A DNA stretch of 32,076 bases from an uncultured Acidimicrobiia bacterium (GCA_964538725.1 CAZIEQ010000002.1:1-32076), one strand, 5' to 3'. Shown: positions 7,913 to 17,527, numbered from the stretch's first letter. Numbers and translations are program-made. The notes: generated by a model not told the origin, from the letters alone.

Positions 7913-8761
7913 TCACGAACCCTGCCGGTGGCGCCTCACCTCGTCCGCCAGATCCGGGAAATCCGGGTCGATGGTGTAGTCGTAGCCGTCCCAGAAGCCG
8001 TCTCTCGCCGGCAAGAAGCGGCGCGGAGCCGCCATACCTCGGCCCAGGGCGGCCGCTCGCAGGCTGCGTCCCACTGCGACGGCCACCGCTGCCGCGTCCT
8101 CTCGCGATGGCGGGTCGACGGCGGGCAGGACCGCCATGGTGACCGTGCAGCCGTACCGTAGAGTGGGGCTGTAAGGCCATTCCCACACCCGATGGCTTCC
8201 GGTGACTGCCACCGGCAAGATGGGGAGGTTCAGCCGTGAGGCGACACGGAAGGCCCCTTCTTTCAACGCCACCTCCAGTCCCAGGATCGACCCTTGGGCG
8301 AACACTGTCGGCGACAGGCCTGCCTTCACCGCGGCGGTGGCCCCCCGCAACAGTCTGCGGTAACCCACCGCAGGCGTGGCAGTGGGAATGTTCGCCGCCT
8401 GATGGGCGATGAGATGCCTCCCCAGCCAGGGCCAGTCGTCGAACAGTTCGTCACGGGCGGAGAACCACAGGTGGAGAGGAAGTCGCGTCAGCGCCAGAGC
8501 ATCAGCGAATCCTTCGTGAAGTGACACCACCATGTAGGGGCCTGCCCCGGGGACGCTGCCGCCGACACTGAGGCGAACCTTGAGATGGCGCATGACCCTG
8601 TTTGCCAGCCGCCGCTCAGCTTCCCTGCCCTTCCGAGGGTCGATTCGCAGCCGGCGTTGCACCCGCCGTGCCACCGGGCCCAGCAGCCAGCCGGCGGTAA
8701 TAGTCGTGTGCGGCCATCGATACCAGGGCACTGCAATACGACCGCCGGGCAGAAGTGGCAT
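7913..8761 (-). CDS. Lysophospholipid (1-acyl-sn-glycerol-3-phosphate) acyltransferase family protein
   Basis: The track ORF is 7913..8869. The internal ATG at 8761 (MPLLPGG...) avoids overlap with the divergent gene. Acyltransferase motif HEGFAD (H-x4-D), plus FAQGSI and PILPVAV blocks. Confidence 0.7.
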   Translation of the reverse strand: MPLLPGGRIAVPWYRWPHTTITAGWLLGPVARRVQRRLRIDPRKGREAERRLANRVMRHLKVRLSVGGSVPGAGPYMVVSLHEGFADALALTRLPLHLWFSARDELFDDWPWLGRHLIAHQAANIPTATPAVGYRRLLRGATAAVKAGLSPTVFAQGSILGLEVALKEGAFRVASRLNLPILPVAVTGSHRVWEWPYSPTLRYGCTVTMAVLPAVDPPSREDAAAVAVAVGRSLRAAALGRGMAAPRRFLPARDGFWDGYDYTIDPDFPDLADEVRRHRQGS

Positions 8762-8796
8762 CGTCCCAGCGTACGGCGTCGCGCTACCTTGCCTGC

Positions 8797-9426
8797 ATGA
8801 CTCCACTGGAACGGCTACTGCTGCGGGCCGGAGCGGCAACGGTGGCCGGCGCTGCTGCAGCGCTGCCACTGCTCGTCATGCCCCAACCATCCGCCGATCC
8901 CCTTGCCGCTTCGACCCTTCACCTCGCCATGGTGGTGTCGTACGGGTTGCTGCTGGCGATCCTGTGGGCACCGGGTAACGGTCTCGTCGGTTGCAAGGCC
9001 GGGCTGGCCACCGCGATGGCATCCGGTGCGGTGGTGGTCGCCGTCAACACCTGGGTGGTCGCCCTGGTGACCCTGGCAACCGGCGCCGCGTTGCGTTTCG
9101 ACTCTTCGCTGCAGTTTCTTCAGCTGCTGTCCGCCCTCGATATAGCCTGGGCGGGAGCAGCCATCGTCGTCGGCGGGGTGCGGTGGCATGGACGCCTCGT
9201 CGGCACGCTTCTCGGCATCGGCCTCGGAGTCGTGTGCGTGTGGGCGATCTGGCACTACCTCGACGTTGTCGGGTTTACACCCAGCGGCGGGTGGGTGGTC
9301 GACGCCGGCGCGTTGTGGACCTACGTGCTGCCGTATGACATGGGTGCCGCCGCCGCCGCCGTCGCCGTGCTGGTGGTGGGGACCTGGAGCAGTCAGCGCA
9401 CCGTGCAGCCGAGCCCGAAGTCGTAG
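8797..9426 (+). CDS. Hypothetical polytopic membrane protein
   Basis: The track ORF is 8755..9426 and the ATG at 8797 (MTPLERLLL...) is preferred. Several hydrophobic helices and coding-like composition, but no recognisable motif. Confidence 0.5.
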   Translation: MTPLERLLLRAGAATVAGAAAALPLLVMPQPSADPLAASTLHLAMVVSYGLLLAILWAPGNGLVGCKAGLATAMASGAVVVAVNTWVVALVTLATGAALRFDSSLQFLQLLSALDIAWAGAAIVVGGVRWHGRLVGTLLGIGLGVVCVWAIWHYLDVVGFTPSGGWVVDAGALWTYVLPYDMGAAAAAVAVLVVGTWSSQRTVQPSPKS

Positions 9427-10175
9427 GGCTGGTAGCGGACCTGCGGCCTGTGGCTGTGGATCCAATCTGCATCTTCGGGCGGTAGCCAGCGGGCTACCGC
9501 GGCTACGACCCGGTGGCTCCGGGAGGGCAGCAGAGTCGGCATGCGGTGGGGATGGGTGAAATCGCGCCCGAACCATTTGAAGATACGCGACAGTGACACC
9601 GTACCGGCGTTCCGGTCGAGTGTCGCCGCGCCGCCAGCGAGAAAAACCCGCATCTGGTCATCGAGCTGATGGTGAACCTTGGCACCCTCGTAGGGCTCGT
9701 AGCGGAGGGTGGGACAAGAGAGGGCGCCGCACACCAGGGCAGCGTGGATGCGGGGATCGTCGAAGCGTCTGATCTTGCCGTGCTCGATGTCTTCGATGCT
9801 GAGGCGTTCCCCGGCGATGCGAATGTTGGACACGCGGAGTGCCCCCGGCTGCCGAAACACCGACGAAGCTCCGTCGCGGGCAGCGGTGGTAGCCACCGCC
9901 AGCGCCTCGGCGTTGTACAGGTTCAACCAGAAGGCAAGGGCATCGCCGGCCGACAGCCGGTCCGGATCGACGTCGTGGAGCTTGTCTCGGTACGCATCGA
10001 GCATCGGTGCTGCTCCCTCGAGCCCCGTCATGCCGGATTCACCCAGTGTGTCGAGGACCCGACGGAACCCTTCATGGTCGACGGTTCCGTTTCCGAGGGG
10101 CCGGGGTCGGCGGACGCGCCGCGCTTTCAGGATCGCCCAGCCCGCCCGTAGCGGGTTGGGGCCGTCAGCAGACAT
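9393..10175 (-). CDS. DUF547 domain-containing protein
   Basis: 260 aa. LAFWLNLYNAEAL and HAALVCGALSCPTLR match the conserved DUF547 blocks (FW.N.YNA / H.AL.C...SCP.L). Confidence 0.7.
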   Translation of the reverse strand: MSADGPNPLRAGWAILKARRVRRPRPLGNGTVDHEGFRRVLDTLGESGMTGLEGAAPMLDAYRDKLHDVDPDRLSAGDALAFWLNLYNAEALAVATTAARDGASSVFRQPGALRVSNIRIAGERLSIEDIEHGKIRRFDDPRIHAALVCGALSCPTLRYEPYEGAKVHHQLDDQMRVFLAGGAATLDRNAGTVSLSRIFKWFGRDFTHPHRMPTLLPSRSHRVVAAVARWLPPEDADWIHSHRPQVRYQPYDFGLGCTVR

Positions 10176-10228
10176 CTGCGAATCGTTTCATGCCGTGGCC
10201 AACAACGGCGAAACGTCGAATAATCCCC

Positions 10229-11587
10229 TCAGGCGGGAGGCCGCCCCTGATTGGGATCCTGTGGCCGGATGGAGCGCAGGAACGTGTACCCGATGATGCC
10301 GGCCAAGCTCGACCCGAGGAAGATTCCCGTCTTGGCCTGATCAGTGATTATCGGGTGCGCAAAGGCCAGGCTGGTCACAAACAGTGAGACGGTGAATCCG
10401 ATGCCGGCCAGAGCCGCCAGGCCGATGATGTGCACCCAGCCGGTGGCGCGGGGTAGCTTGCCGAACCCGAGGCGCACCGCCAGCCAGGTGAAGAAGCTGA
10501 CACCCACCAGCTTGCCGACCACCAGGCCGACACCCACACCCAGCGCGACGCTGCTTGTCGCGGTATCGACGAAGTCGATTCCGGCAAATCGGACTCCCGC
10601 GTTGGCCAAGGCGAATATGGGGACAATGACGAACGAGCTCCACGGCTGCAGCGCCCTTTCCAGCCGGTTCAGCGGGGATACCGATTCGGTGGCAACCGCC
10701 GACAGGGTGAGGGCGGCGGCATCCTGACGTTCTTGCAGACGCGGTCCAGAATGGGGCGCCTGCACCAGGATCTGGTCTGCGATCCGGTGGTACTCCTCGT
10801 CCCGGTACAGCGGGCGGGCAGGTGTCAGCAGGCCGATGGCTACACCCGCCAAAGTGGCGTGCACCCCCGACTCGAGCAGGGCGAGCCAGGCAAAGATGCC
10901 GAGGATCGTATAAAACGTGACGGCGCGGATGCCGACTCGTTTCGCCATTGCCATCGCGGCTATGGCGAGCAGCGACGCCGCCAGCCAGCTGAACTCCAAC
11001 TCGTCTGTATAGAAGACGGCGATCACAGCGATTGCACCGATGTCGTCGACGATGGCCAAAGCGAGCAGGAAGAGCTTGGCGCCTACCGGGACCCGGGTCC
11101 CGAGGAGGGCCACGACGCCCACCGAGAATGCGATGTCGGTGGCCATCGGTATTCCCCAGCCGCGGGACGCTTCCCCCCCGCCGGCGAGGGTTACGTAGAT
11201 CAAGGCGGGAATGATCATGCCGCCGAAGGCGGCGAAAGCGGGAAGAGCAGCCCGGCGGGGATCTCGTAGATCTCCAACAACCAGCTCGCGCTTGATCTCC
11301 AAGCCGACGACGAAGAAGAAGATGGCCATCAACCCGTCGTTGACGACCTCCTGCAAAGTCTCTTCGATGTGAAACGATCCGATCTCCACCAAGACGTGAT
11401 GACCCCAGAATCGTTCGTAGGTGTCGCCGAAGGGTGCGTTGGCCCATATGAGAGCTGCCGCGGCTGCCGCCAGCAGCACTACACCGCCGGATGCCTCCAC
11501 CTGGATGAAGCGGAGCAGCGGCCGAACGAACCGGCGGGGAACGGCCCGTTCGGACCTCATCCACGTGTCGTGAAGGCGCTCGGGCAT
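10229..11587 (-). CDS. nhaA: Na+/H+ antiporter NhaA
   Basis: 452 aa with an ATG start. NhaA signature blocks: FFFVVGLEIKRE, PMATDIAF, LLALAIVDDIGAI and PIFALANAGV. Confidence 0.9.
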   Translation of the reverse strand: MPERLHDTWMRSERAVPRRFVRPLLRFIQVEASGGVVLLAAAAAALIWANAPFGDTYERFWGHHVLVEIGSFHIEETLQEVVNDGLMAIFFFVVGLEIKRELVVGDLRDPRRAALPAFAAFGGMIIPALIYVTLAGGGEASRGWGIPMATDIAFSVGVVALLGTRVPVGAKLFLLALAIVDDIGAIAVIAVFYTDELEFSWLAASLLAIAAMAMAKRVGIRAVTFYTILGIFAWLALLESGVHATLAGVAIGLLTPARPLYRDEEYHRIADQILVQAPHSGPRLQERQDAAALTLSAVATESVSPLNRLERALQPWSSFVIVPIFALANAGVRFAGIDFVDTATSSVALGVGVGLVVGKLVGVSFFTWLAVRLGFGKLPRATGWVHIIGLAALAGIGFTVSLFVTSLAFAHPIITDQAKTGIFLGSSLAGIIGYTFLRSIRPQDPNQGRPPA

Positions 11588-11609
11588 CGACGTGGCAGGC
11601 TAGTGGCGG

Positions 11610-12587
11610 GTGCGGGTCAGCCCGCCTTGGTGCCGGTACCATCCGCCTGCCAGTCGACTCTCCGGGAGAGCCTTGCTCATCGCCATAGTCATGCTCGCCG
11701 GAGGGGTGGTGGCTCTCACCGCGGGCGCCGGCCGCTTCGTGGAGGGGGCGGTGCGCCTCTCACGCAGTCTGGGAGTTTCCACCATCCTCATCGGCGCCCT
11801 TGTGGTCGGGCTGGGAACCTCACTGCCCGAGTTGGTCGTGTCGGGTCTTGCCGCCGGTCGGGGCGAGCTCGATCTCGCTGTGGGAAACGTCGTCGGCTCC
11901 AACGTCGCCAATGTGACGTTCGTGCTGGGCGCGGCCGCACTCGTCGCCCCCTTCGCGACGCATCGTCTCATCATCCGCCGCGAAGGCGGCCTGATGCTGG
12001 CTGTCGTCTCCTTGCTGACGTTGTTGTTGTGGGATGAGCGCCTACTGAGAGGGGAAGCGACGCTGTTGCTGATCGCGATGGTGGTGGCGACCTGGGCGTT
12101 GACGCGCTGGTCGCGGGGAGATGGGTTCCCTGGAGTGGAACGCAGTGGCGGGCTGGCCCGCGGTGCCGTCCATAGCATCGTCGGTATGGCAGCGACGCTG
12201 GGAGGCGCCGAGTTGCTGGTGCGGGGCGCAACCCGTCTCGCCGAGGAGTTGGATATCACCACGGCCTTCGTCGGCCTGGTCATCGTCGCGATCGGGACCA
12301 GCCTGCCGGAAGCGGCGACGGCGATTACCGCAGCACGTCGTGGTGAGGCGGACCTCGTGGTCGGCAATGTTCTCGGTTCCAACATCTTCAACTCGCTCGT
12401 CGTTGCAGGCACCGCAGGGGTGATTGGCCCAGGGCGCATCGAAGGCGCTTTCCATGCCGGAGCCGTGTTCATGATCGCCGCGGCTGCCGTCGCTGGGTTG
12501 TTCCAATTCACCGGGTGGCGGCTGACGCGGCTCGAGGGCGTGGCGCTGTTCGCCTCCTTCGGACTGTTCTCGGTGCTCGTCGTGTAG
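11610..12587 (+). CDS. Ca2+/Na+ antiporter (CaCA / YrbG family)
   Basis: 325-aa ORF with two alpha-repeat motifs, GLGTSLPELVVS and AIGTSLPEAATAI, each followed by GNV(V/L)GSN. The true start may be the in-frame TTG at 11673 or the ATG at 11691. Confidence 0.8.
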   Translation: MRVSPPWCRYHPPASRLSGRALLIAIVMLAGGVVALTAGAGRFVEGAVRLSRSLGVSTILIGALVVGLGTSLPELVVSGLAAGRGELDLAVGNVVGSNVANVTFVLGAAALVAPFATHRLIIRREGGLMLAVVSLLTLLLWDERLLRGEATLLLIAMVVATWALTRWSRGDGFPGVERSGGLARGAVHSIVGMAATLGGAELLVRGATRLAEELDITTAFVGLVIVAIGTSLPEAATAITAARRGEADLVVGNVLGSNIFNSLVVAGTAGVIGPGRIEGAFHAGAVFMIAAAAVAGLFQFTGWRLTRLEGVALFASFGLFSVLVV

Positions 12588-12597
12588 ATGGCGGGTC

Positions 12598-13809
12598 TTA
12601 GCGATCCCGGATGCGGCGCTGGGTGGCGAGCCTGCGACGCAACCCCCCTCCCCTGCGCTGATATCGGGTGAGCCCGCGGCCGTCATCCTTCTCCTGGTCG
12701 GGTGGCGGCGGTGCCAGCAGCGGGCCGGGATCTCCCGGCTCTCCGCCCTCGCTCCAATCGGCGGCCTCGATGCCTGCTGTTGGAGCACGCTCCGCTGGCA
12801 GGGCACCCGACCCGTCCGGCTCGGACCGTTCCCCCTCCGGGGTGGTGACGGCACCAGCTTCTTCGGCGGCCAGGTCTATCAGTGTGTCGACCACTTCGGT
12901 TTCGGTCAATGTGCTGCTGGCCAGGGCGCGCAGTTGGCGCTCGATGTCGGCCACCGCGGTCCGCAGCCGGGGCAGCTTTGCAGTCAATTCCGAGTGTTCA
13001 TCATTGGCGGCGGTGATCATCGCCTCCGCCCGGCGCCGGGCTTCCTCGACGGCCGCGGTTGCGGTTGCTGTGGCCTCATCGGAGATGCGGGCAGCCTCCA
13101 CTTCGGCGCCCCGTACCAGGCGTTCAGCTCTCACGGTTGCTTCTTGCAGCATTTTGCCCGCCTCATCGGCGGCGCCGGTGAGGACACCTTCGGCCTGCTC
13201 CCGCGCCTCGGCGACCGTCTCCCGCGCGCTGTCGTCTGCTGAGGCTTGCCGCTCTCGGGCGTTGTCAGCGGCCTCAGCCTCCAGCCTCTCCGCGTCGGTC
13301 TGTGCTTGGGCGAGACGTTCCCAGGCCTCGGCCCGGGCCCGTTCTATTGATTCCTCTGCCTTGCGTTGTGCATCGGTAGTGATGACGTCTGCGTTGCGCC
13401 TGGCCTCGGTCACCATCGCATCTGCCTGCACCTCGGCTTTCGCCTGGATGTCGACGGCCTGGGTTTCGGCGGCGGCGCGGGTTGCCTCGGCCTCTTCAGA
13501 CGCAGTCGTCACCGCCGCTTCAGCCTCGTGGCGATGGCGTTCAGCGTCCTGACGAACCTTGGTGGCGTCTGCCTGTGCCTCGGCGAGCATCTCGTCGTGG
13601 GTTCGTTGTGCTGCCAGAAATGTGCGGCGCACCGCCTCCTGGGACGCTTCCGCCTCGGTCAGGCGAGCCTCGTATGCGGCGATCTGCTCTTCGTATTCGC
13701 GCAGGGTTTCCACGACGCGTGCCAGCACGGCTTCCACCTGGGCCTTCTCGTAGCCGCGCCGTTCGAGGCGGAACTCGTGGCCTTCCACCGTCGAGGCGTG
13801 TACCTTCAT
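12598..13809 (-). CDS. DivIVA-domain coiled-coil protein
   Basis: The ATG at 13809 is preceded by GGAGGAG. The N-terminus MKVHASTVEGHEFRLERRGYEKAQVEAVLARVVETL matches the DivIVA motif (F....RGY....V). About 250 aa of Ala/Glu/Arg-rich coiled coil follow, then an acidic segment and an Arg-rich tail. The track ORF extends to 14211, but that part is antisense to clpS. Confidence 0.75.
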   Translation of the reverse strand: MKVHASTVEGHEFRLERRGYEKAQVEAVLARVVETLREYEEQIAAYEARLTEAEASQEAVRRTFLAAQRTHDEMLAEAQADATKVRQDAERHRHEAEAAVTTASEEAEATRAAAETQAVDIQAKAEVQADAMVTEARRNADVITTDAQRKAEESIERARAEAWERLAQAQTDAERLEAEAADNARERQASADDSARETVAEAREQAEGVLTGAADEAGKMLQEATVRAERLVRGAEVEAARISDEATATATAAVEEARRRAEAMITAANDEHSELTAKLPRLRTAVADIERQLRALASSTLTETEVVDTLIDLAAEEAGAVTTPEGERSEPDGSGALPAERAPTAGIEAADWSEGGEPGDPGPLLAPPPPDQEKDDGRGLTRYQRRGGGLRRRLATQRRIRDR

Positions 13810-13902
13810 GGTTACTCCTCCTCGGTCCGCCCGCTCCCAGCCCCCGGATCGTTCGGATTGGCGAGGGTGGCCCCTCGCGCGACGACAATACAGAGCGTGG
13901 TC

Positions 13903-14214
13903 ATGAAGCGGCAAGTGGAAACACACGGGGTAGCCGCCGGGACGGCGGTGATTCCCGCTGAAACCACCGTTGTCAAAGACTCTGCGACCGCTCCGTGGAA
14001 AGTGGTGGTGTGGAACGATCCGGTAAACCTGATGAGCTATGTGGTTCTGGTGTTGCGCAAGCTGTTCGGTTACCCGGCTGTCAAGGCCACCCGGCTGATG
14101 CTGCAGATCCACTACGAGGGCAAAGCGGTCGTAGCTCATGGACCGCTGGAGCGGGCGGAAGCCGACTGCTACCGGCTTCACCACCACGGCTTGTGGGCGA
14201 CCCTCGAGCAATGA
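13903..14214 (+). CDS. clpS: ATP-dependent Clp protease adaptor ClpS
   Basis: ATG at 13903. PWKVVVWNDPVNLMSYVVLVLRKLFGYPAVKATRLMLQIHYEGKAVV is the canonical ClpS core. Confidence 0.85.
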   Translation: MKRQVETHGVAAGTAVIPAETTVVKDSATAPWKVVVWNDPVNLMSYVVLVLRKLFGYPAVKATRLMLQIHYEGKAVVAHGPLERAEADCYRLHHHGLWATLEQ

Positions 14215-14663
14215 CTGACATTACGTGGGATGGTTCGAAGATCATCGTCGCCCTCGATGACTCATGGCGTCGCCTCCTCGAGAACGTATTGAACCTGCTG
14301 CCGGTGCTGGAAGCAGACGAAGCCGTGGCGGCGAGGCTCAACCCGGCGGCGTATCAGAGCGATGAGCACCGGGAGAACGCCTATCGACAGGCCGTTGACG
14401 AAGAGCTGGTGGCGGTCCGCGATCAGGATCGGGCGGCGGTGGCGGCGTCGATCTGGTCGACGAGCGTCGACACGTCCGTCGCCGAATGCTGGATGAGGGT
14501 CATCGGCGACGTGCGTCTGGCGCTGGCAACGAGACACGACGTCGATGAGATTTCCCTGAGCCGAGCGGATGACACACCGACCCGTCTCATTCACATGCTG
14601 GGTCACATCCAGGATCAACTGGTGATGGCTCTGGACCGAGCCGCTTTCGGACCCCGATCGTGA
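14211..14663 (+). CDS. DUF2017 domain-containing protein (conserved clpS-downstream gene in Actinobacteria)
   Basis: The ATG at 14211 forms an ATGA overlap with the clpS stop. The acidic 150-aa product is MTDITWDGSKIIVALDDSWRRLLENVL.... The call rests on position plus general sequence character. Confidence 0.6.
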   Translation: MTDITWDGSKIIVALDDSWRRLLENVLNLLPVLEADEAVAARLNPAAYQSDEHRENAYRQAVDEELVAVRDQDRAAVAASIWSTSVDTSVAECWMRVIGDVRLALATRHDVDEISLSRADDTPTRLIHMLGHIQDQLVMALDRAAFGPRS

Positions 14664-14741
14664 CGGCTCCTGCGGTCTACCCGCGTGCATGTTGCGGCGG
14701 GGATCTGCATACTGGGGTGCCGCCAAACAAGGGGTGAGGCC

Positions 14742-15185
14742 ATGACTGACCGGCACGACATCGATGCCGACTCCGAACCGAAGGATCCCCGCTCGGCACT
14801 CAACTCCGTGTTGCTGCTCTCGATCATCGTCGCCATGGGCTACGGGCTGCCCATGGCGCTGCTGCCGGACCTGCTGTGGGACACCATCGGGGGCGTCGAT
14901 GAGGCCGCTGCGGACTTGCTGGCCAGTCAGCGATGGGCAGGGGCCGTTCTGCTGTCGGTTGCTTTTGGGACGTTGCTGGTTCTTCGCAAACCTCGCGGAC
15001 AGAGAACCTTTGTCACCTTCCTCGCAGTTGAGCACGCGGCGGCGGCGGCCGCTCTGCTGTACACGGCCACCAGCGACGAGTTTCCCGGCCATGACTGGTT
15101 CGTATGGGGCGCCGTTGCCGTGGTCACTGTGACGTCGGCTCTGTTGTGGTGGGTGCGGGTGTTGGCGCGGAAAGTGATCGCTTAG
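14742..15185 (+). CDS. Hypothetical membrane protein (about 4 TM helices)
   Basis: The ATG at 14742 is preceded by AAGGGGTGAGG. Hydrophobic helices are present. The 3' end overlaps the convergent ald stop by 4 nt. Confidence 0.5.
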   Translation: MTDRHDIDADSEPKDPRSALNSVLLLSIIVAMGYGLPMALLPDLLWDTIGGVDEAAADLLASQRWAGAVLLSVAFGTLLVLRKPRGQRTFVTFLAVEHAAAAAALLYTATSDEFPGHDWFVWGAVAVVTVTSALLWWVRVLARKVIA

Positions 15186-16297
15186 ACACCGGCGATCTGG
15201 GAAGGATCCGCGTATTCGAATCCCAGTGAATTGGCCACCGCGGAGTTCGTAATGGAGCCGGAGGCGATGTTGATGCCGGCTCGCAGCTCCGGATGTCGGG
15301 AAACCGCAGCCGGCAACCCTTCGGCCAGTGCCACCAGGTAGGGGAGAGTGGCGTTGGTGAGCGCGTAGGTGGCGGTGTGCGGCACCGCGCCGGGGATGTT
15401 GCCCACCGCGTAGTGGATGACTCCATGTTCGACGTATACGGGATCGGTGTGGCTCGTTTCGCGCGATGTGGCCACGCACCCACCCTGGTCGATGGAGATA
15501 TCGACGATGACGCTGCCCGCGGCCATCGCCTCGACGAGATCCTCGGACACGATGACCGGTGCTCTCGCACCTGGCACGAGAACGGCTCCAATGACCAAGT
15601 CGGAGGATGTGACGTGCTGCTCCACCTCGTGGACGGAGGAACGTACAGTGACTACCCGTCCCCAGTGCAGCTCATCGACGTGGCGCAGCCGGGAGGCATT
15701 CAAGTCGAGCAAAGCGACCTGGGCTCCCATGCCGGCCGCCACCCAGGCGGCGTTCGTTCCGGCCATGCCCGCACCGAGAACCGTGACTCGTGCCGGGGGG
15801 ACTCCGGTGACGCCGCCGATGAGGACTCCTTTGCCGCCGCGTGGCTTCTCCAGATAGTGAGCGCCCGCCTGGGCTGCCATGCGCCCGGCGATTTCGCTCA
15901 TCGGTGCCAGCAGGGGTAAGTCGCCGCCGGCGAGTTCCACGGTTTCGTATGCAACCGCGGTTGACCCGGATGCCATGAGGCCGCGAGCCACCTCGGGGTA
16001 TGCGGCCAAATGGAGGTAGGTGAACAACGTCTGTCCCGGGCGCAGCAGCTCGATCTCGGATGGCTGCGGTTCCTTGACCTTGACCACCAGCTCGGCGTCA
16101 GAGAAGACCTCTGCAGCGCCGGCTACGATCTCAGCGCCGACCTCGACGTAGTCCTCGTCGGGTAGTGACGACCCCACACCGGCACCCTCTTGGAGCAGGA
16201 CCCTGTGTCCGTGGCTGGTGAGTTCTCGGGTTCCGGCTGGTGTGATGGCCACCCGGTGCTCCTCCGGTTTGACTTCGGTGGGAACTCCGACGATCAC
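15182..16297 (-). CDS. ald: Alanine dehydrogenase
   Basis: 371 aa. The N-terminus is MIVGVPTEVKPEEHRVAITPAG, the NAD-binding motif is VTVLGAGMAGTNAA, and the length is typical. Confidence 0.9.
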   Translation of the reverse strand: MIVGVPTEVKPEEHRVAITPAGTRELTSHGHRVLLQEGAGVGSSLPDEDYVEVGAEIVAGAAEVFSDAELVVKVKEPQPSEIELLRPGQTLFTYLHLAAYPEVARGLMASGSTAVAYETVELAGGDLPLLAPMSEIAGRMAAQAGAHYLEKPRGGKGVLIGGVTGVPPARVTVLGAGMAGTNAAWVAAGMGAQVALLDLNASRLRHVDELHWGRVVTVRSSVHEVEQHVTSSDLVIGAVLVPGARAPVIVSEDLVEAMAAGSVIVDISIDQGGCVATSRETSHTDPVYVEHGVIHYAVGNIPGAVPHTATYALTNATLPYLVALAEGLPAAVSRHPELRAGINIASGSITNSAVANSLGFEYADPSQIAGV

Positions 16298-16379
16298 CGG
16301 TCTTCTCCGTTCATGTGGTGCAAGCTAGCCGTCTCTACGATGCGCGGTGCTGGCTACTCTGCCGGTGGAGGTGTCCCAC

Positions 16380-16967
16380 ATGGACGAGGTTGCCACATTG
16401 ATACTGGCTGCGGGAGGCAGCGTCCGGTTGGGCCGACCCAAACAGCTGATCGACTGGGGAGGCCGGCCGCTGCTGCAGCATGTTGTTTCCCGGGGTGCCG
16501 TGTGGCCGGCATCGACCATCACGGTCGTCATTGGGGCGCACGCAGAGGAAATCCTCGACCGAGTCGACTTCGGTGAAGCCAGCATCGTCATCAACGACGA
16601 CTGGTCCGAAGGCATGGCGACGTCATTACGTGTCGGCCTGGACGCGGTGAGCAGGGACAACAGTATTGAACATGTGATCGTCGGCCTCGGCGACCAGCCG
16701 GGAGTCGACGGCGAGGTCGTAGACAGGCTGGTGGCCTCCCGCCACGCCGCCAGGGCCGTGGTGCCCAAGTACCGCTACACATGGGGCAATCCCGTTGTCA
16801 TCGATCGTTGGCTGTGGCCCCGGGTGATGGCGATCAGCGGCGACGCCGGAGCCAGGACCCTCCTCTTGACCCATCCCGAGTGGGTGCATGAGGTGTGGGT
16901 GGACGGCCTGCCGCCTGCGGACGTGGACACCGAGGACGACATTGTCGAGCTGAGGCCGAGGGCATGA
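16380..16967 (+). CDS. MobA-like NTP transferase / molybdenum cofactor cytidylyltransferase (MocA-like)
   Basis: The ATG at 16380 has GGAGG 8 nt upstream. LILAAGGSVRLGRPKQLIDWGGRPLL is the MobA/MocA nucleotide-binding motif, and GDQPGV is also present. Confidence 0.75.
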   Translation: MDEVATLILAAGGSVRLGRPKQLIDWGGRPLLQHVVSRGAVWPASTITVVIGAHAEEILDRVDFGEASIVINDDWSEGMATSLRVGLDAVSRDNSIEHVIVGLGDQPGVDGEVVDRLVASRHAARAVVPKYRYTWGNPVVIDRWLWPRVMAISGDAGARTLLLTHPEWVHEVWVDGLPPADVDTEDDIVELRPRA

Positions 16968-17527
16968 AACTCGTCGAGGAGTTCACCGTCACCGAGTCTC
17001 CCGACGTCGTGTGGCGGTTTTTCGAAGATGTGCCTGCGGTTGCGTCCTGCCTGCCGGGTGCCGAGTTGACCGAGATCACCGCCGATGGTGACTACGTCGG
17101 TCGGGTTGCCGCCAAGCTGGGGCCGATGACCGCCTCCTTCCAGGGGCGGGCCACGATCACCAGGGACGACGAGCAGCTAACCGGGCGCATCGAAGGCCGA
17201 GGTGCCGATCGCAACAGCGGCAGCCGGGCATCCATGACGCTTGTTTACACGATACGGCCTGTCGGTGAGGAAACCGGTGTCACGGTGGACGCTGACCTGC
17301 GTCTGTCGGGAGCCATCGCCCAGTTCGGTCGCACCGGACTGGTCAGGGAGATGTCATCACGTCTCACCGCAGAGTTTGTGCGATGCCTCGAATCCCGCCT
17401 GGCGGCAGCCACCCCTGAAGAAGCGGCCGTGATCCGTGCCGCTGAGGTGCGGGGGCTGTCGCTTCTGTTCGGCTCCCTGGCCTCCTCGCTGCGACGTTTC
17501 ATCCGCAGGGTGTTTCGTCGTTCTTGA
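16964..17527 (+). CDS. CoxG-family SRPBCC protein (carbon monoxide dehydrogenase subunit G-like)
   Basis: The ATG at 16964 forms an ATGA overlap with the upstream stop. The product MKLVEEFTVTESPDVVWRFFEDVPAVASCLPGAEL...KLGPMTASFQG is typical of CoxG. Confidence 0.75.
   Translation: MKLVEEFTVTESPDVVWRFFEDVPAVASCLPGAELTEITADGDYVGRVAAKLGPMTASFQGRATITRDDEQLTGRIEGRGADRNSGSRASMTLVYTIRPVGEETGVTVDADLRLSGAIAQFGRTGLVREMSSRLTAEFVRCLESRLAAATPEEAAVIRAAEVRGLSLLFGSLASSLRRFIRRVFRRS

Noticed and set aside
9393-9426. 34-nt convergent overlap between the 3' ends of the membrane-protein gene and the DUF547 gene
   Set aside because: Short convergent overlaps are common in compact GC-rich genomes. No structure or motif was evident, so it is not treated as a regulatory feature.
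13810-14211. N-terminal 134-aa extension of the 12598..14211 minus-strand ORF
   Set aside because: The extension is antisense to the well-supported clpS gene. The internal ATG at 13809 has a strong GGAGGAG RBS and begins exactly at the DivIVA motif.
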